Origin: Lysobacterales bacterium | GTDB lineage: Bacteria > Pseudomonadota > Gammaproteobacteria > Xanthomonadales > SZUA-36 | Reading direction: 5' to 3' | Length of the DNA: 64,000 nucleotides | Assembly (NCBI GenBank): GCA_013042915.1 | Contig: JABDPF010000077.1 | Location: 2,676-66,675, forward strand | In this document: piece after piece, positions 19,440 to 29,734 of the stretch | How positions within the stretch are numbered: position 1 is the stretch's first letter | Layout: each line of letters begins with the position of its first letter | Notes under the pieces: generated by a model | Told to the model about the DNA's origin: nothing | The model's input: only the letters and a program-made list of their open reading frames with translations | Database searches by the model: none | Program-made: the position numbers and the translations under genes

Positions 19440-20069
19440 TCAGTCAAAGGTGTACCCGAACAACTCGATTTCCCGCGACCAGCGCCTGGCGACGAGGTCG
19501 CGGGTTTCGGGCGTGTAGTAGTCGGTGTACGGGCGCTTCACGCTAACGTTCTTGCGCGGCAAGGCGACGTGGGGGATGCCGATTCGCCAACAGATGGTTT
19601 CCCAGTCATCGTCCAGGTTTTCCAGCTTGCCGACGAAGTCCATCAGCAGATCGCCATTCGAATCGCACAGCTGGTTGACCTGGTAGGCGTCGCGCCGCGG
19701 GATCTGCATCTCGATGAACGAAGCAAATCCGTCGAGCGCTTTCACCCGCCGGTGCCGGCCGTGGTTGGGCGATTTCAGAATGAACTCGTATTCTGAAACC
19801 AGCCGATGCCAGGGATTGCGGACGATCGCGAACTTGAAATAGCGCTCGAACCGTTCCGGCGGCAGCAGCCGTTTCGCCGTGGTGATTTCTTCATGCGCCC
19901 GAAACCGGTACTTGCGGTAATCGCGTTCCAGCCCGGCCCGGCTTTTGAAGCGCGCCCAACGGCCGGCAGGTCGAGGCAGCACGTAGGGCTCCAGCGCGGT
20001 CCACATGCTCTGGCTGGCCGTCTTTCGGACCCTCACGAAGATAAATTCATGGCTGTCGGATATCAGCAT
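19440..20069 (-). CDS. Sulfotransferase family protein (Sulfotransfer_2-like)
   Basis: N-terminal FIFVRVRKTASQS (PAPS 5-prime phosphosulfate-binding loop analogue) and RNPWHRLVSEY motifs. Confidence 0.65.
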   Translation of the reverse strand: MLISDSHEFIFVRVRKTASQSMWTALEPYVLPRPAGRWARFKSRAGLERDYRKYRFRAHEEITTAKRLLPPERFERYFKFAIVRNPWHRLVSEYEFILKSPNHGRHRRVKALDGFASFIEMQIPRRDAYQVNQLCDSNGDLLMDFVGKLENLDDDWETICWRIGIPHVALPRKNVSVKRPYTDYYTPETRDLVARRWSREIELFGYTFD

Positions 20070-20093
20070 CGCGTTTTGCGGCCCTCAAAACGC

Positions 20094-20744
20094 CTAAATG
20101 CCGTAGCCCATGATTGCCACCACGTGGCAAAAAGTGCCGGCGAGAACGAACAGGTGCCAGATGAAATGGGAAAAAGGCATTTCCTTGTGACGATAGAACC
20201 AAATGCCGCCGGTATACGCCACGCCCCCCGCTACCAGCCACGCAATTCCCGCCGGGGCCATCGCGGCGAACAGCGGCTTTACCGCGATCACGACGATCCA
20301 CCCCATTGCCACGTAAATCCCGATGGTCAGGGTGTGAAACCGCTGGCCACTGACGGTTTTCAGGACAATGCCGGCCAGCGCCAGCCCCCAGACCAGACCA
20401 AAGAGCGTCCAACCCCAGGCGCCGTAGAGCACCCCGAGGACGATCGGCGTGTAGGTGCCGGCAATGAGCAGGTAAATGGCGTTGTGGTCGAGCAGGCGCA
20501 GGAGTTTCTTACCGCTTGGGTGCGGCACCGCGTGATAGATCGTGGAGGTGGCGTACATGAACATGATGGTCGCCGCGAAAATGCTGACGCCCACGACGTC
20601 GGCCAGCGTGCCGCGTTCCGCCGCCGACGCGATCATGAACGGCGCGGCAATAACCGCCGCAAGCAGGCCGAAACCGTGACTGGCGGCGTTGGCGATCTCC
20701 TCGCCCCTGGTTTGAATCCGTTCCTGTCTTTCCCGCTCGCCCAT
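20094..20744 (-). CDS. Hemolysin III / PAQR family membrane protein
   Basis: Seven-TM protein with EEIANAASHG near the N-terminus and HLFVLAGTFCH near the C-terminus. Confidence 0.85.
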   Translation of the reverse strand: MGERERQERIQTRGEEIANAASHGFGLLAAVIAAPFMIASAAERGTLADVVGVSIFAATIMFMYATSTIYHAVPHPSGKKLLRLLDHNAIYLLIAGTYTPIVLGVLYGAWGWTLFGLVWGLALAGIVLKTVSGQRFHTLTIGIYVAMGWIVVIAVKPLFAAMAPAGIAWLVAGGVAYTGGIWFYRHKEMPFSHFIWHLFVLAGTFCHVVAIMGYGI

Positions 20745-20833
20745 CGACCCACAGCATCCGTTACGAAGGCGACATGTTAACCCGAACCTTGCCGTCGAAT
20801 CGCGGATGACGGCGCAATGCCCGGGTCAAGCGA

Positions 20834-21970
20834 TCACCAGCCGCTACAGCGCGACCATCGCTCCACCACGCGGTCGTCGCTATCCAGCACGGAATAACCT
20901 TCGTAGGCGGCCGCCGTCATGCAGGCATGGTTCGGCAGTATTCGCAGCTGGCTGCCGACCGGGTAGGCGTCGAAATCCGAAACATGCGCTAACTCGATCA
21001 TGCCGTGCTCCTGGTTGACCTTGCTGACGGACAGGCCGGAAACGACCCGGCCGTCAGCGGCTCGAGCCACCAGACCGTAGCCGCAATCGAGGGCCTGGCC
21101 CGCGGTGCTGCGATCTTTTGACAGCGCCAGTCCGCCGGCATCGATGATCAACCGCCGATGCGATTTCTTATGGCTGATCACGGTGGTCAGTACGCTCAAT
21201 GCGATGTCCTCGACTCGGCAAACGCCAAGACCGGCCTGGAACAGGTCGAAAAAAACGTATACGCCGGCGCGCAGCTCGGTAACGCCGTCGAGCCGGGCGG
21301 CAGCAAGAGCCGTGGGCGTCGAGCCGACACTGACGCCGGGACAGCGAATACCCGCGGCCCGCAGACGCCCGGCCGCCGCAACGCAGCGCTGCCGCTCCTG
21401 TTCGGCGTGGGCCTCGAGCTCTGGCATGTTGCGGCAGTTGTAGGACCCTCCCGCGTGCGTCATGACCCCCCGCAGTTCGATACCCGACGCGGACTGCAGG
21501 CCCCGTCCGAGTTCCACCAGCTGGGGATCTTCGGGCTCCAGACCGGCCCTGTGGCCATCGACATCCACCTCGATCCAGGCCTCGAATCCACAGCCCAGGT
21601 CCGCGGCGGAAAGCGCCAGCTGTCGGACAGCCTCCGGGTTGTCCAGCAGGACCTGGACACGGGCGCCGGCGGCATTCAGGCGCGCCACGGCCGGCAGCCT
21701 GGCGGGCGCGATGCTGACGGCGTACAGGATGTCGCGAAAACCCCCATCGGCGAAGTACTCCGCCTCTCGCAAAGTGGAGACCGTTACGCGCTTCTTGCCC
21801 GGGGCAAGATACGCGCCGATTTCCAGGGACTTGCAGGTCTTGAGATGAGGTCGCAGCGCCACGCCAAGCGAAGCGGCGCGTTGCGCCATTCGTTTGATGT
21901 TCGACTGCATGCGCCGGCGGTCGAGCACCAGGCAGGGCGTGTTCAATTCAGCCAGGCGCCGCGCCATCAC
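20834..21970 (-). CDS. D-TA family PLP-dependent enzyme (D-threonine aldolase / D-serine dehydratase-like, alanine racemase N-domain fold)
   Basis: TPCLVLD and RPHLKTCK (PLP lysine) motifs. The codon at 21970 is GTG and an ATG follows at 21967, so the start is ambiguous by one codon. Confidence 0.75.
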   Translation of the reverse strand: MMARRLAELNTPCLVLDRRRMQSNIKRMAQRAASLGVALRPHLKTCKSLEIGAYLAPGKKRVTVSTLREAEYFADGGFRDILYAVSIAPARLPAVARLNAAGARVQVLLDNPEAVRQLALSAADLGCGFEAWIEVDVDGHRAGLEPEDPQLVELGRGLQSASGIELRGVMTHAGGSYNCRNMPELEAHAEQERQRCVAAAGRLRAAGIRCPGVSVGSTPTALAAARLDGVTELRAGVYVFFDLFQAGLGVCRVEDIALSVLTTVISHKKSHRRLIIDAGGLALSKDRSTAGQALDCGYGLVARAADGRVVSGLSVSKVNQEHGMIELAHVSDFDAYPVGSQLRILPNHACMTAAAYEGYSVLDSDDRVVERWSRCSGW

Positions 21971-21976
21971 CGTGGT

Positions 21977-23347
21977 TCAGGTCAACGCCACCAGGTCGGT
22001 GAAGGCGATACCGATGTGCTCGGCCAGGCGGTCGATATCCGGGATCACGGTGCGCCCGGCCACCAGCCCGACGTTCATCTGGCCGGCGTAACTGTTGGCG
22101 GTCACGTTCAGTGCCGTCAGCGGCGGCAGGGTTGAAATCGGGTACGCGTGGACTCCTTTCGCGCCCCGGAAATACAGCATATTCCTCGGACCCGGGACAT
22201 TCGAAACCACCAGGTTTTGTACCGGCGGCAGGAATTTGCTGAGCTTCAGGCTCTCCTCGAACAGCGAAATCAACGCGACAGCCAAAGAATAAAGTTGGAT
22301 GGCCGGCTTTCCGAATCCGGAAAAAACCTCTCGAGCCGTGCGCGAGGAACGGCGGATTTCGTGCAGCGCCGTCAACGGGTCGGACAGCTTCGACGAGAGC
22401 CGGACCTGGAGCAGGGACACCAGGTTGCCGCGCTCACGATCGTTTTCAGTACGCAGGTTGACCGGCATGTAAACGACCAGCGCATCCTCGAGCGGACTGC
22501 CCTTTTCCGTGAAATAGCGGTGGATCGCCAGGTCGACCATGGTCAGCAGCACGTCGTTCACCGTCACCCCCTGGGCTACGGCCACCGCCTTGACATCCTC
22601 GAGTTGGAAGGACACGGCCGTCAGGGCCCGCGCGGAACCCGTGGTGACGTTCAAGGGCGTTCGGGGAGCGGCCAACGGCAGCGTGATATCCCGATTTTTC
22701 GCAAACAGGCGCCCGTTGACCAGGCGAATGGTCAACGTGGTCATGTCAAGCGCGGTCCGGATGCTGCCGCCGAACACACGAATCGATTCACCCAGCAGGC
22801 GGGCGTAGCCCGGTTCCTTTTTCGATGCCTTGGGCCGGATTTTCTCGCCGTGCCAGATCGGCAGCGTATCGTGCTCCGACGAATCCTTGGAACCCGCGTC
22901 GGTGAACCAGCGGTTAAGCGTGATGCCGTCGGCCAGCGCGTGGTGGATCTTGGTGTAGAACGCGAAGCGGCGATTTGCGAGCCCCTCGATCAGGTGGAAC
23001 TCCCACAGCGGCCGTTCGCGGTCCAGCAGGTTGGCGTGCAGGCGCGCCACCATTTTCCACAGCTGCTCATCGTCGCCGGGATGAGGCAACACCGTGTGAC
23101 GGACATGGTAATCCATGTCGATGGCGCGATCGGTCACCAGCTCAGGCTGAAGCGGAATCTTGTATTGCAGCTTCTGGTTGAAGGGAAATCCGGCCGGGTG
23201 CTCTTTCAGATCGGCCAGCAGGCCGCGCAGCCAGGCCGATCCCTTGCCTTTCGGCAGTTCCCATACCTGGAGGCAGGCCACGTGCTTGGGACTGTTCTGC
23301 GATTCTGTCAGCAGGAAGCCGTTGTCGACGAGCGAGATGTTGCCCAT
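21977..23347 (-). CDS. Wax ester synthase / diacylglycerol acyltransferase (WS/DGAT)
   Basis: Catalytic HHxxxDG motif (HHALADG) and typical length (456 aa). Confidence 0.85.
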   Translation of the reverse strand: MGNISLVDNGFLLTESQNSPKHVACLQVWELPKGKGSAWLRGLLADLKEHPAGFPFNQKLQYKIPLQPELVTDRAIDMDYHVRHTVLPHPGDDEQLWKMVARLHANLLDRERPLWEFHLIEGLANRRFAFYTKIHHALADGITLNRWFTDAGSKDSSEHDTLPIWHGEKIRPKASKKEPGYARLLGESIRVFGGSIRTALDMTTLTIRLVNGRLFAKNRDITLPLAAPRTPLNVTTGSARALTAVSFQLEDVKAVAVAQGVTVNDVLLTMVDLAIHRYFTEKGSPLEDALVVYMPVNLRTENDRERGNLVSLLQVRLSSKLSDPLTALHEIRRSSRTAREVFSGFGKPAIQLYSLAVALISLFEESLKLSKFLPPVQNLVVSNVPGPRNMLYFRGAKGVHAYPISTLPPLTALNVTANSYAGQMNVGLVAGRTVIPDIDRLAEHIGIAFTDLVALT

Positions 23348-23452
23348 GGTGTTGTCCTGTGTTTCTTACGCGTATTCTACCGCACGCGGCCTAACGAACC
23401 GCTGGTTCTAGGCCGAACAATCCCTCTTTGATGTTGGAAGGGCCGTAGCCGA

Positions 23453-24895
23453 TCAGATCTTCAGCTTCATCATCAGCGAGAACAGAAAATCCCAGGTCTT
23501 GCCGTAGGGAGGATACAGGAGCTTGGCGCTGGTCCGGTTGGCCTGGCGAAAAATCGGCCTCAGCTTGGACAACTCGTTGAAGCCCTCGCGGGCATGGTAG
23601 TGACCCATGCCGCTGTTGCCGATGCCGCCGAACGGCATATCGTGCTGCGCGGCGTGCAAGACGCAGTCGTTCAGACAGACCCCGCCGGATATCGTCTGCT
23701 TGATGACCCGGTCCTGAACCTTGCGGTCACCGGTAAACAGATACAGGGCCAGCGGGCGTTCGCGCGTGTTGATGTACTCCAGCGCATCGTCCAGGTTTCG
23801 GTAGGTCTTGATCGGCAGCAGCGGGCCGAAAATCTCGTCCTGCATCAGCAGCATGCCTTCGTCCACGCCGGTGATGAGCATCGGCGCCATCTTGCGGCTT
23901 TCGGGGTCCGACTCGCTGCCGGGCATCAGGCTGACAGCACTCGCGCCTTTCTGCTGGGCGTCCTCCAGCCACTCGGACAACCGGCGGAATGACCTGTCGT
24001 CAGCGATCGAGGTATAGGCCGGGTCATCCAGCCCGTTGAATCGACGCCCCACGATGTCCCTGCAATGCGTGACGAAGTCTCCCACCTTGTTTTCCGGAAG
24101 AAACAGGTAATCGGGTCCGACGCAGGTCTGCCCGGCGTTCACGAATTTGCCGAAAATGATTCGTTCGGCTGCGGTTTCCAGGTTGTAGTCATCGCAGACA
24201 ATCGTCGGCGACTTGCCGCCGAGTTCCAGCGTCACCGGGGTCAGGTTTTCCGCGGCCGTTTTCATCACGGTTTTGCCGCTTTCGGGCGAGCCGGTGAAAA
24301 TGAGGTGATCCCAGGGCAGCGGCGTGAACTCCGAGGCGCGCACACCGGGCAACACGGCCAGGGTGTCCTCATTGAACTGTTCCGCGACCAGGCGGGCGAA
24401 CAGCCGGCACAGATTCTGCGAATTGGACGCCATTTTGACCATGCAGCGGTTGCCCGCCGCCAGCGCGCTGGCCAGGGGGCCGACCACCAGGAACAAGGGG
24501 TAATTCCACGGGGCGATCACGCCCACCACGCCCTTGGGCTGGGGCAGCACGGTATTGGAAGCAGGCTTGAACCAGATCGACGTCTTGCGCTTTTGGGGTT
24601 TCATCCACCGTTTCAGGTGTTTTCGGCAGTATCGCAGGCCATCGAGCGGCAGGAATACGTCGACCAGGAGGGACTCCTGGCACGCACGGTTGCCGAAGTC
24701 CTTTGAGATCGCATCGGCAATCGCATCGCGGTTGTCTGTCAGGATTGCTTCCAGCTTTTCAAGGTTGGCAACCCGTGTGGCGTAATCCGGGTACGGCTCG
24801 GCAAGGTATGCCGCTTTCTGGAGATCGAAGATACGCCGGGCCTCGTTGGGCGGCGACGTATCGCTGTTCGGGAACTGTTCTACCGGCTGACTCAT
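23453..24895 (-). CDS. NAD(P)-dependent aldehyde dehydrogenase (coniferyl/fatty aldehyde dehydrogenase-like)
   Basis: ELGGKSP and the catalytic GQTCVGPDY region. The track start at 24919 is a TTG; the ATG at 24895 (MSQPVEQF) is preferred. Confidence 0.85.
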   Translation of the reverse strand: MSQPVEQFPNSDTSPPNEARRIFDLQKAAYLAEPYPDYATRVANLEKLEAILTDNRDAIADAISKDFGNRACQESLLVDVFLPLDGLRYCRKHLKRWMKPQKRKTSIWFKPASNTVLPQPKGVVGVIAPWNYPLFLVVGPLASALAAGNRCMVKMASNSQNLCRLFARLVAEQFNEDTLAVLPGVRASEFTPLPWDHLIFTGSPESGKTVMKTAAENLTPVTLELGGKSPTIVCDDYNLETAAERIIFGKFVNAGQTCVGPDYLFLPENKVGDFVTHCRDIVGRRFNGLDDPAYTSIADDRSFRRLSEWLEDAQQKGASAVSLMPGSESDPESRKMAPMLITGVDEGMLLMQDEIFGPLLPIKTYRNLDDALEYINTRERPLALYLFTGDRKVQDRVIKQTISGGVCLNDCVLHAAQHDMPFGGIGNSGMGHYHAREGFNELSKLRPIFRQANRTSAKLLYPPYGKTWDFLFSLMMKLKI

Positions 24896-25004
24896 GGCGT
24901 GGCTCGCTCGCGGTTGCAAGGGTGTAGTGAGGGACTGTCGACACTCACTGAAACGGCTCTAGTTTACGCCTTTTGGACGGATGGCTCCCGTTCCGGGCGG
25001 GTCC

Positions 25005-25038
25005 GGTTGCCGCCCCGGCAGCAGCCGGCGCGGCAACC
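25005..25038 (-). terminator. GC-rich hairpin just downstream of the S9 peptidase stop (terminator-like, no U tract)
   Basis: GGTTGCCGC...GCGGCAACC is a perfect 9 bp stem with an inner CCGGC/GCCGG pairing, 14 nt after the stop at 25052. Confidence 0.35.
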
Positions 25039-25051
25039 CACCGCAAAAGAC

Positions 25052-27106
25052 TCAGTTATCGCCGTTCTGGAGGCGTGCCGCGTGGTCGATTTTCCATTCG
25101 GGCAGCTCGTCATTACCCTGCACCAGGAAGTGGTCCATCCAGCGAGTCAGGCGCAGCGCGTAGTCGTATCGCGCGGCCGTCCTTGCGTTGCCGTGGCCCT
25201 CACCGGGGTAATACACCAGCCGCACCGGTGTGTCAGTCCGTACCTTGACGTTACGGTACATCTCCAGCGACTGCGAGGGGTGCACGCGGGGGTCGGAATC
25301 ACCGTGCATGATCAGCAGCGGCGTCTCGACCTGGCCGGCGTAGTAAATCGGGCTGCGCTCGAGCATCCAGTTCCAGTCCTCCCAGGGCCAGCTGCGGGCG
25401 TGCACGTTGTACATTTCCTTGGGTATATCGGTAGTGCCGAACTTGGAGAGCTGGTTCGATATGCCGACGAAGGCGACCGATGCCTGGAAGTGCTCGGTCA
25501 ACGCGCTGGCGGCCCACATCGAGGCGTAACCGCCGTAAGAGCCACCCGTGATACCGGTGCGGTCGCCGTCGGCCAGGCCGGCTTCGACCAGGTACTGCTT
25601 GGCGTCGACGATGTCGTTGAATTCACCCTCGGCGTAGGCGTGCTGGCCGTGCTTGGAAAACTCGACACCGCGCCCGGTGCTTCCGCGGTAGTTCGGCAGT
25701 GCCACGATATAACCCTGCGCGGCCCAGTACTGCGCGGGTCGGCTGTAGGCGCTGTTCCAACCGTTCGAATAGTGCGCTTCCGGCCCGCCGTGGATCACCA
25801 GTACCAGGGGGTTGCCGCGGCGCTTTTCCTTGAACGGATGAACCACCAGCATCTCGAGCTCCATCCCGTCGCGGGCAGAGTACGTGACCACCTCTTGCCG
25901 CGCCAGCTGGCGTTCTTCGAGAATCGGGTTCGAATGGGTCAGGCGCTGCGGTGCGGCGCCATCCCGCAGCAGGTAGACCTCCTGCGGGTGCTCGGGTGAA
26001 TCGGCAACGGCCGCCGCCACTGACTGGCCGGGATGGGCATCGATGCTGCGCAGGACAGGCCCGGAAGCAGGTGCTTGTCCGGCAGCCTCCGGTTCGTCGA
26101 TGGCGACGGTCCCGGTCTCCGTCCAGACACCGCGTCCCGCCATCCAGCTAATCCGGCTTGAATCACTCCAGTAAAAATCGGTCACGTGGCCGGGATAATC
26201 CGGCAGGAGCTCGACGCGCTCGCCACCTTGGGCGGAAGCGGTGTACAGGCGGCCCTCAGCCGGATCGTGAATGTCCTCGCCCCCGATCCACGCGATCTGA
26301 CTGCCGTCGGGTGAGAACAAGAAACTACCGAACTTGCCGACCAGGCCCATCTGGTTGCGTATCTTGGCGGTCGCGGTCTCGACGACGAATATGTCGCGCG
26401 ACATGTACTCATCATCGATCAGGGGCGTCGGCGCCAGCGCCACCGCGTAGTGGCGGCCGTCCGGCGCCCAGCGCAATGAAGAGGCCGAACCCTTGATGTC
26501 CTGTTTGGCCGCCTCACCCGACTCCAAGTCCAGCAGCCAGACGTGGACAAAGGGGTTGGATTCTTCGTACACGTTAGCCCTGAATCCCTTTTTGGCGAGC
26601 GATTTGCTCTCCTTGGGGTCCGGCTCAGGCGCCAGGAAGGCCAGGGTCTCGCCGTCGGGAGAAGGAGCGATCGAGCGGATCGCCGATTTCGCCTCGTAAG
26701 CGACCGCCGCCTCACCACCGCCCAGGGGCATCCGGAAAATATCGGAAAATTCAGCCGAGGGATCGCGCTTGCCGACAAAAAACAGGTCATTTCCATCCGC
26801 CGACCACGCAACCGCGGAGACCCGGACTTCTCCGGAGAAATAAGGACGGGATTCTCCTTGCGTGCTGACTACGTGCAGTTGACGCCAGGCTGAGCCGTCC
26901 TCATCCACGTACAGATCGCGCGGCACGTTCAACAGGTAGGCGACAGCTTCGCCACTCGGGCTCATCACGGCGCTCGACACGTTGTTCAAGCCGACGATTT
27001 CCTCGAGTGAAAGACCGGCCTCGTCGGCGGCATTCAGCGTAAGGGGCAAAATGAGCAGCAGGGCGATCAGGCAATGGCGCCAGGCGCGCGGACGGATTAA
27101 GAACAT
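25052..27106 (-). CDS. S9 family serine peptidase (prolyl oligopeptidase / dipeptidyl aminopeptidase-like), secreted
   Basis: Nucleophile motif GGSYGGY. N-terminal beta-propeller region. Signal peptide MFLIRPRAWRHCLIALLLILPLTLNA from the ATG at 27106, with GGAG upstream. Confidence 0.85.
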   Translation of the reverse strand: MFLIRPRAWRHCLIALLLILPLTLNAADEAGLSLEEIVGLNNVSSAVMSPSGEAVAYLLNVPRDLYVDEDGSAWRQLHVVSTQGESRPYFSGEVRVSAVAWSADGNDLFFVGKRDPSAEFSDIFRMPLGGGEAAVAYEAKSAIRSIAPSPDGETLAFLAPEPDPKESKSLAKKGFRANVYEESNPFVHVWLLDLESGEAAKQDIKGSASSLRWAPDGRHYAVALAPTPLIDDEYMSRDIFVVETATAKIRNQMGLVGKFGSFLFSPDGSQIAWIGGEDIHDPAEGRLYTASAQGGERVELLPDYPGHVTDFYWSDSSRISWMAGRGVWTETGTVAIDEPEAAGQAPASGPVLRSIDAHPGQSVAAAVADSPEHPQEVYLLRDGAAPQRLTHSNPILEERQLARQEVVTYSARDGMELEMLVVHPFKEKRRGNPLVLVIHGGPEAHYSNGWNSAYSRPAQYWAAQGYIVALPNYRGSTGRGVEFSKHGQHAYAEGEFNDIVDAKQYLVEAGLADGDRTGITGGSYGGYASMWAASALTEHFQASVAFVGISNQLSKFGTTDIPKEMYNVHARSWPWEDWNWMLERSPIYYAGQVETPLLIMHGDSDPRVHPSQSLEMYRNVKVRTDTPVRLVYYPGEGHGNARTAARYDYALRLTRWMDHFLVQGNDELPEWKIDHAARLQNGDN

Positions 27107-27345
27107 GGACGACTCCAGGTGGAAGTGTGAAGGGTTGAAATTCAGCGTCGGAAGGGTACCCAACCTGCAGGGGCCGAATCAAGCCGGGAAACGGGAAAAC
27201 CCCTTTTTTGAGCTTCCGGGCGGGCCTGTTGAATTCAAAAAACAAGGAGCCACGAGGCCGGGTCAGCGCGGCCAAGGCGTCCGGCACGTAGACTCCTTCC
27301 TCGTTCGAAACCTGGCCATGTTTTCCTCCGTCGGCACGGCGCGAC

Positions 27346-29436
27346 TCAATCGAGCAGGTACTTGGCCAGCCAGTCATGAACCTCGTTCCAGAAGTAACGG
27401 GCTTCCTCACCCTTCATGATCCAGTGGTTGGCGTCGTGGAACACGAGAAGGCGGCCGGGAACCTGGTTGCGCTGCACATAGCTCCAGGCCGCGATGGTTT
27501 GGTTGACGGGCACGCGGTAGTCTTTCTCGCCGATGGTCAGCAGGATCGGGGTCGAAAAGCGATCGGCGTAGGTGGACGGGCTCTGTTCCCGCCACACAAT
27601 GCTGTCGCCCCAGGGCGGCCCGCCGTTCATGATTTCCCGGTGATAAATGCCGTCACTGCTGGCGTATTGACCTTCCAGGCTGACCAGGCCCGCGTGTCCG
27701 ACCAGGGTTTTGAAGTGCTCGGTGGTGGCCTGCAGCCAGTTCACCAGGTGGCCGCCGTAACTGGCGCCCGTGGCGGCCTGGCGGCTGCCGTCGATGAACG
27801 AAAACCGATCGATGGCGACTTCAGCGGCCCGCAGCAGGTCCTCGCCGGGGGTTTTGAGCGGATCACCGCCGATATCCCGGGAAAAAGCCTCGCCGTAACC
27901 GACCGAGCCCGTGTAATCCGTCATCAGTACCACGTAACCGGGCGCCGCGAGCAAGGACGCGCTCCAGCGCACGTGCTGTGAGTCCATCGACGAGGAGAAG
28001 GGACCGCCGTGGATCTGAAGCACCAGCGGATACTTCTTGTTCTCATCGAAGCCGGGCGGCAAGGCCAGCCAGCTGTGGACCTGCCGGCCGTTTTCGTTCT
28101 CGAACCAGAATTCCACGAACGGTGCCAGATCGATGCCTTCCACCCGCTCGGCGTTGAAACGGCTCAGCGGTTGATGGCGGCCCTTGCGGTCGATCTTGAC
28201 GATTTCGGCCGGTACCGCCGAGCTTTCCCACTTCGCCACCAGGCGGTTGCCGGCAACCTGCAGGCCCGAGTACACGCCCCGACTCTCGGGATTGAGCGCT
28301 GCGACTTTGCCTCCCCTGGCCGGTACGCGGTAGATTCGGGTCCGACCCGCATCGGCTGCGATGAGATAAACGGTTCGCCCGTTCGATCCGATCACGAAAT
28401 CATTGACGGAACGGTCGAACCCGTCCGTCAGGATACGCGGCGCTTCGAGGCGTTCGCCGTCGCGCCAGTCGAAACGCGCGATCTGGTCGAGGTTGTAAAC
28501 CTCGTCGTTCTCCGGGCTGTAACCGCAATACAGGTGTTCGCCATCCCGTGAGAATTTCGGACCGGTGCAACTCCAGTCATCGGCGCCGGCCAGCGCGCGA
28601 GGCTCGCCGCCGTCGCGGTCGACCGCGTAGAGCGCAAAGCGAACGCGAGCGTGAGCCGCTTCGTTGAGGTTGGTCGTCGCATTGAACACCAGAGAATTCC
28701 CATCCGGCGCCCACGCCGCGTGCAGTGTTGCCCCTGACAGTGTCGAGGCGCCGGAAAACCCGGCCTGCTCAACCAGATCGCTACCGGCCAGCAGGTTTTT
28801 GGCCACGGCGCCTGCCTTCGCCTCCTGCACGAACAGGTGCACCTGGAGGTCGTCGCGCCAGTGGTCCCAATAGCGGATGGGAAACATCTCGTACGCGGAA
28901 ACATTGTATTTGCGCTCCTCGCGCGCCTCTTTTTCTGCCTGGTTGGCCTCGTCGTCGAGCGCCCCCGGGTACACCTTGCTTTCAAACGCAACGTGACGGC
29001 CATCGGGACTCCAGATGGGCTTCGAGGCGCCGGTGGCGAGGTCCGTGATGACGACTGCCTCACCGGGACCTGTCATGTCCAGCACGTATATCTGCGAAAG
29101 CTCGTCGTCGCCACGCTTGGCCGAAAAGGCGATCGCCGCCCCGTCGGGCCGCCAGGCCACGTCGCTCTCGCCTTCCCGGGTCGCCGTCAGGCGACGGGGC
29201 TCGGCGCCGCCGTCGACACGCAGCAACCACAGGTCGCTCACATCGCCATCCTCCTCGTAAGAAGGCTCGGTAACGCTGACGACGGCAAACTCACCGGACG
29301 GGTCGACGACCGCTGAACCCAGGCGATTCATCGTCCAGATGTCCTCGTGGGAAACGGGGTGCAGGTCCTCGGAAAAGGCCAGTTGGGGAAAAACGGCTAA
29401 AAGCAGTAGGGCGGCGGCAGTCCGTGCAAGGCGCAT
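27346..29436 (-). CDS. S9 family serine peptidase, secreted (paralogue of the downstream gene)
   Basis: Nucleophile motif GASYGGH. Signal peptide MRLARTAAALLLLAVFPQLAFS. GAGGAGG lies upstream of the ATG. Confidence 0.85.
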   Translation of the reverse strand: MRLARTAAALLLLAVFPQLAFSEDLHPVSHEDIWTMNRLGSAVVDPSGEFAVVSVTEPSYEEDGDVSDLWLLRVDGGAEPRRLTATREGESDVAWRPDGAAIAFSAKRGDDELSQIYVLDMTGPGEAVVITDLATGASKPIWSPDGRHVAFESKVYPGALDDEANQAEKEAREERKYNVSAYEMFPIRYWDHWRDDLQVHLFVQEAKAGAVAKNLLAGSDLVEQAGFSGASTLSGATLHAAWAPDGNSLVFNATTNLNEAAHARVRFALYAVDRDGGEPRALAGADDWSCTGPKFSRDGEHLYCGYSPENDEVYNLDQIARFDWRDGERLEAPRILTDGFDRSVNDFVIGSNGRTVYLIAADAGRTRIYRVPARGGKVAALNPESRGVYSGLQVAGNRLVAKWESSAVPAEIVKIDRKGRHQPLSRFNAERVEGIDLAPFVEFWFENENGRQVHSWLALPPGFDENKKYPLVLQIHGGPFSSSMDSQHVRWSASLLAAPGYVVLMTDYTGSVGYGEAFSRDIGGDPLKTPGEDLLRAAEVAIDRFSFIDGSRQAATGASYGGHLVNWLQATTEHFKTLVGHAGLVSLEGQYASSDGIYHREIMNGGPPWGDSIVWREQSPSTYADRFSTPILLTIGEKDYRVPVNQTIAAWSYVQRNQVPGRLLVFHDANHWIMKGEEARYFWNEVHDWLAKYLLD

Positions 29437-29734
29437 AAGACCTCCTCAGTCATGCAGGTTCACGTCGGTCGGAAGCGCACATCTTAGGCCAACGCGATGG
29501 GTGACGGCCACCCGCCAGGTGTAAAACGAAATTCGCTTCCCTGCTTCCACCGAAGGCATGAGCAGAGAGGCGAGACTCCTCTTATAATGATCTCGTCTTT
29601 AGGTTCGTGCCCGAAATGTCATCAGAATCAACAAAAACCGCGGGAGAAAATCATGAAAGTTCTGATTTTTGTCGGCGCCCTGTTGGCCGACGCCGTCCGC
29701 GCGCGGATCGAGCCCAACGCTGAATCACTCGATC

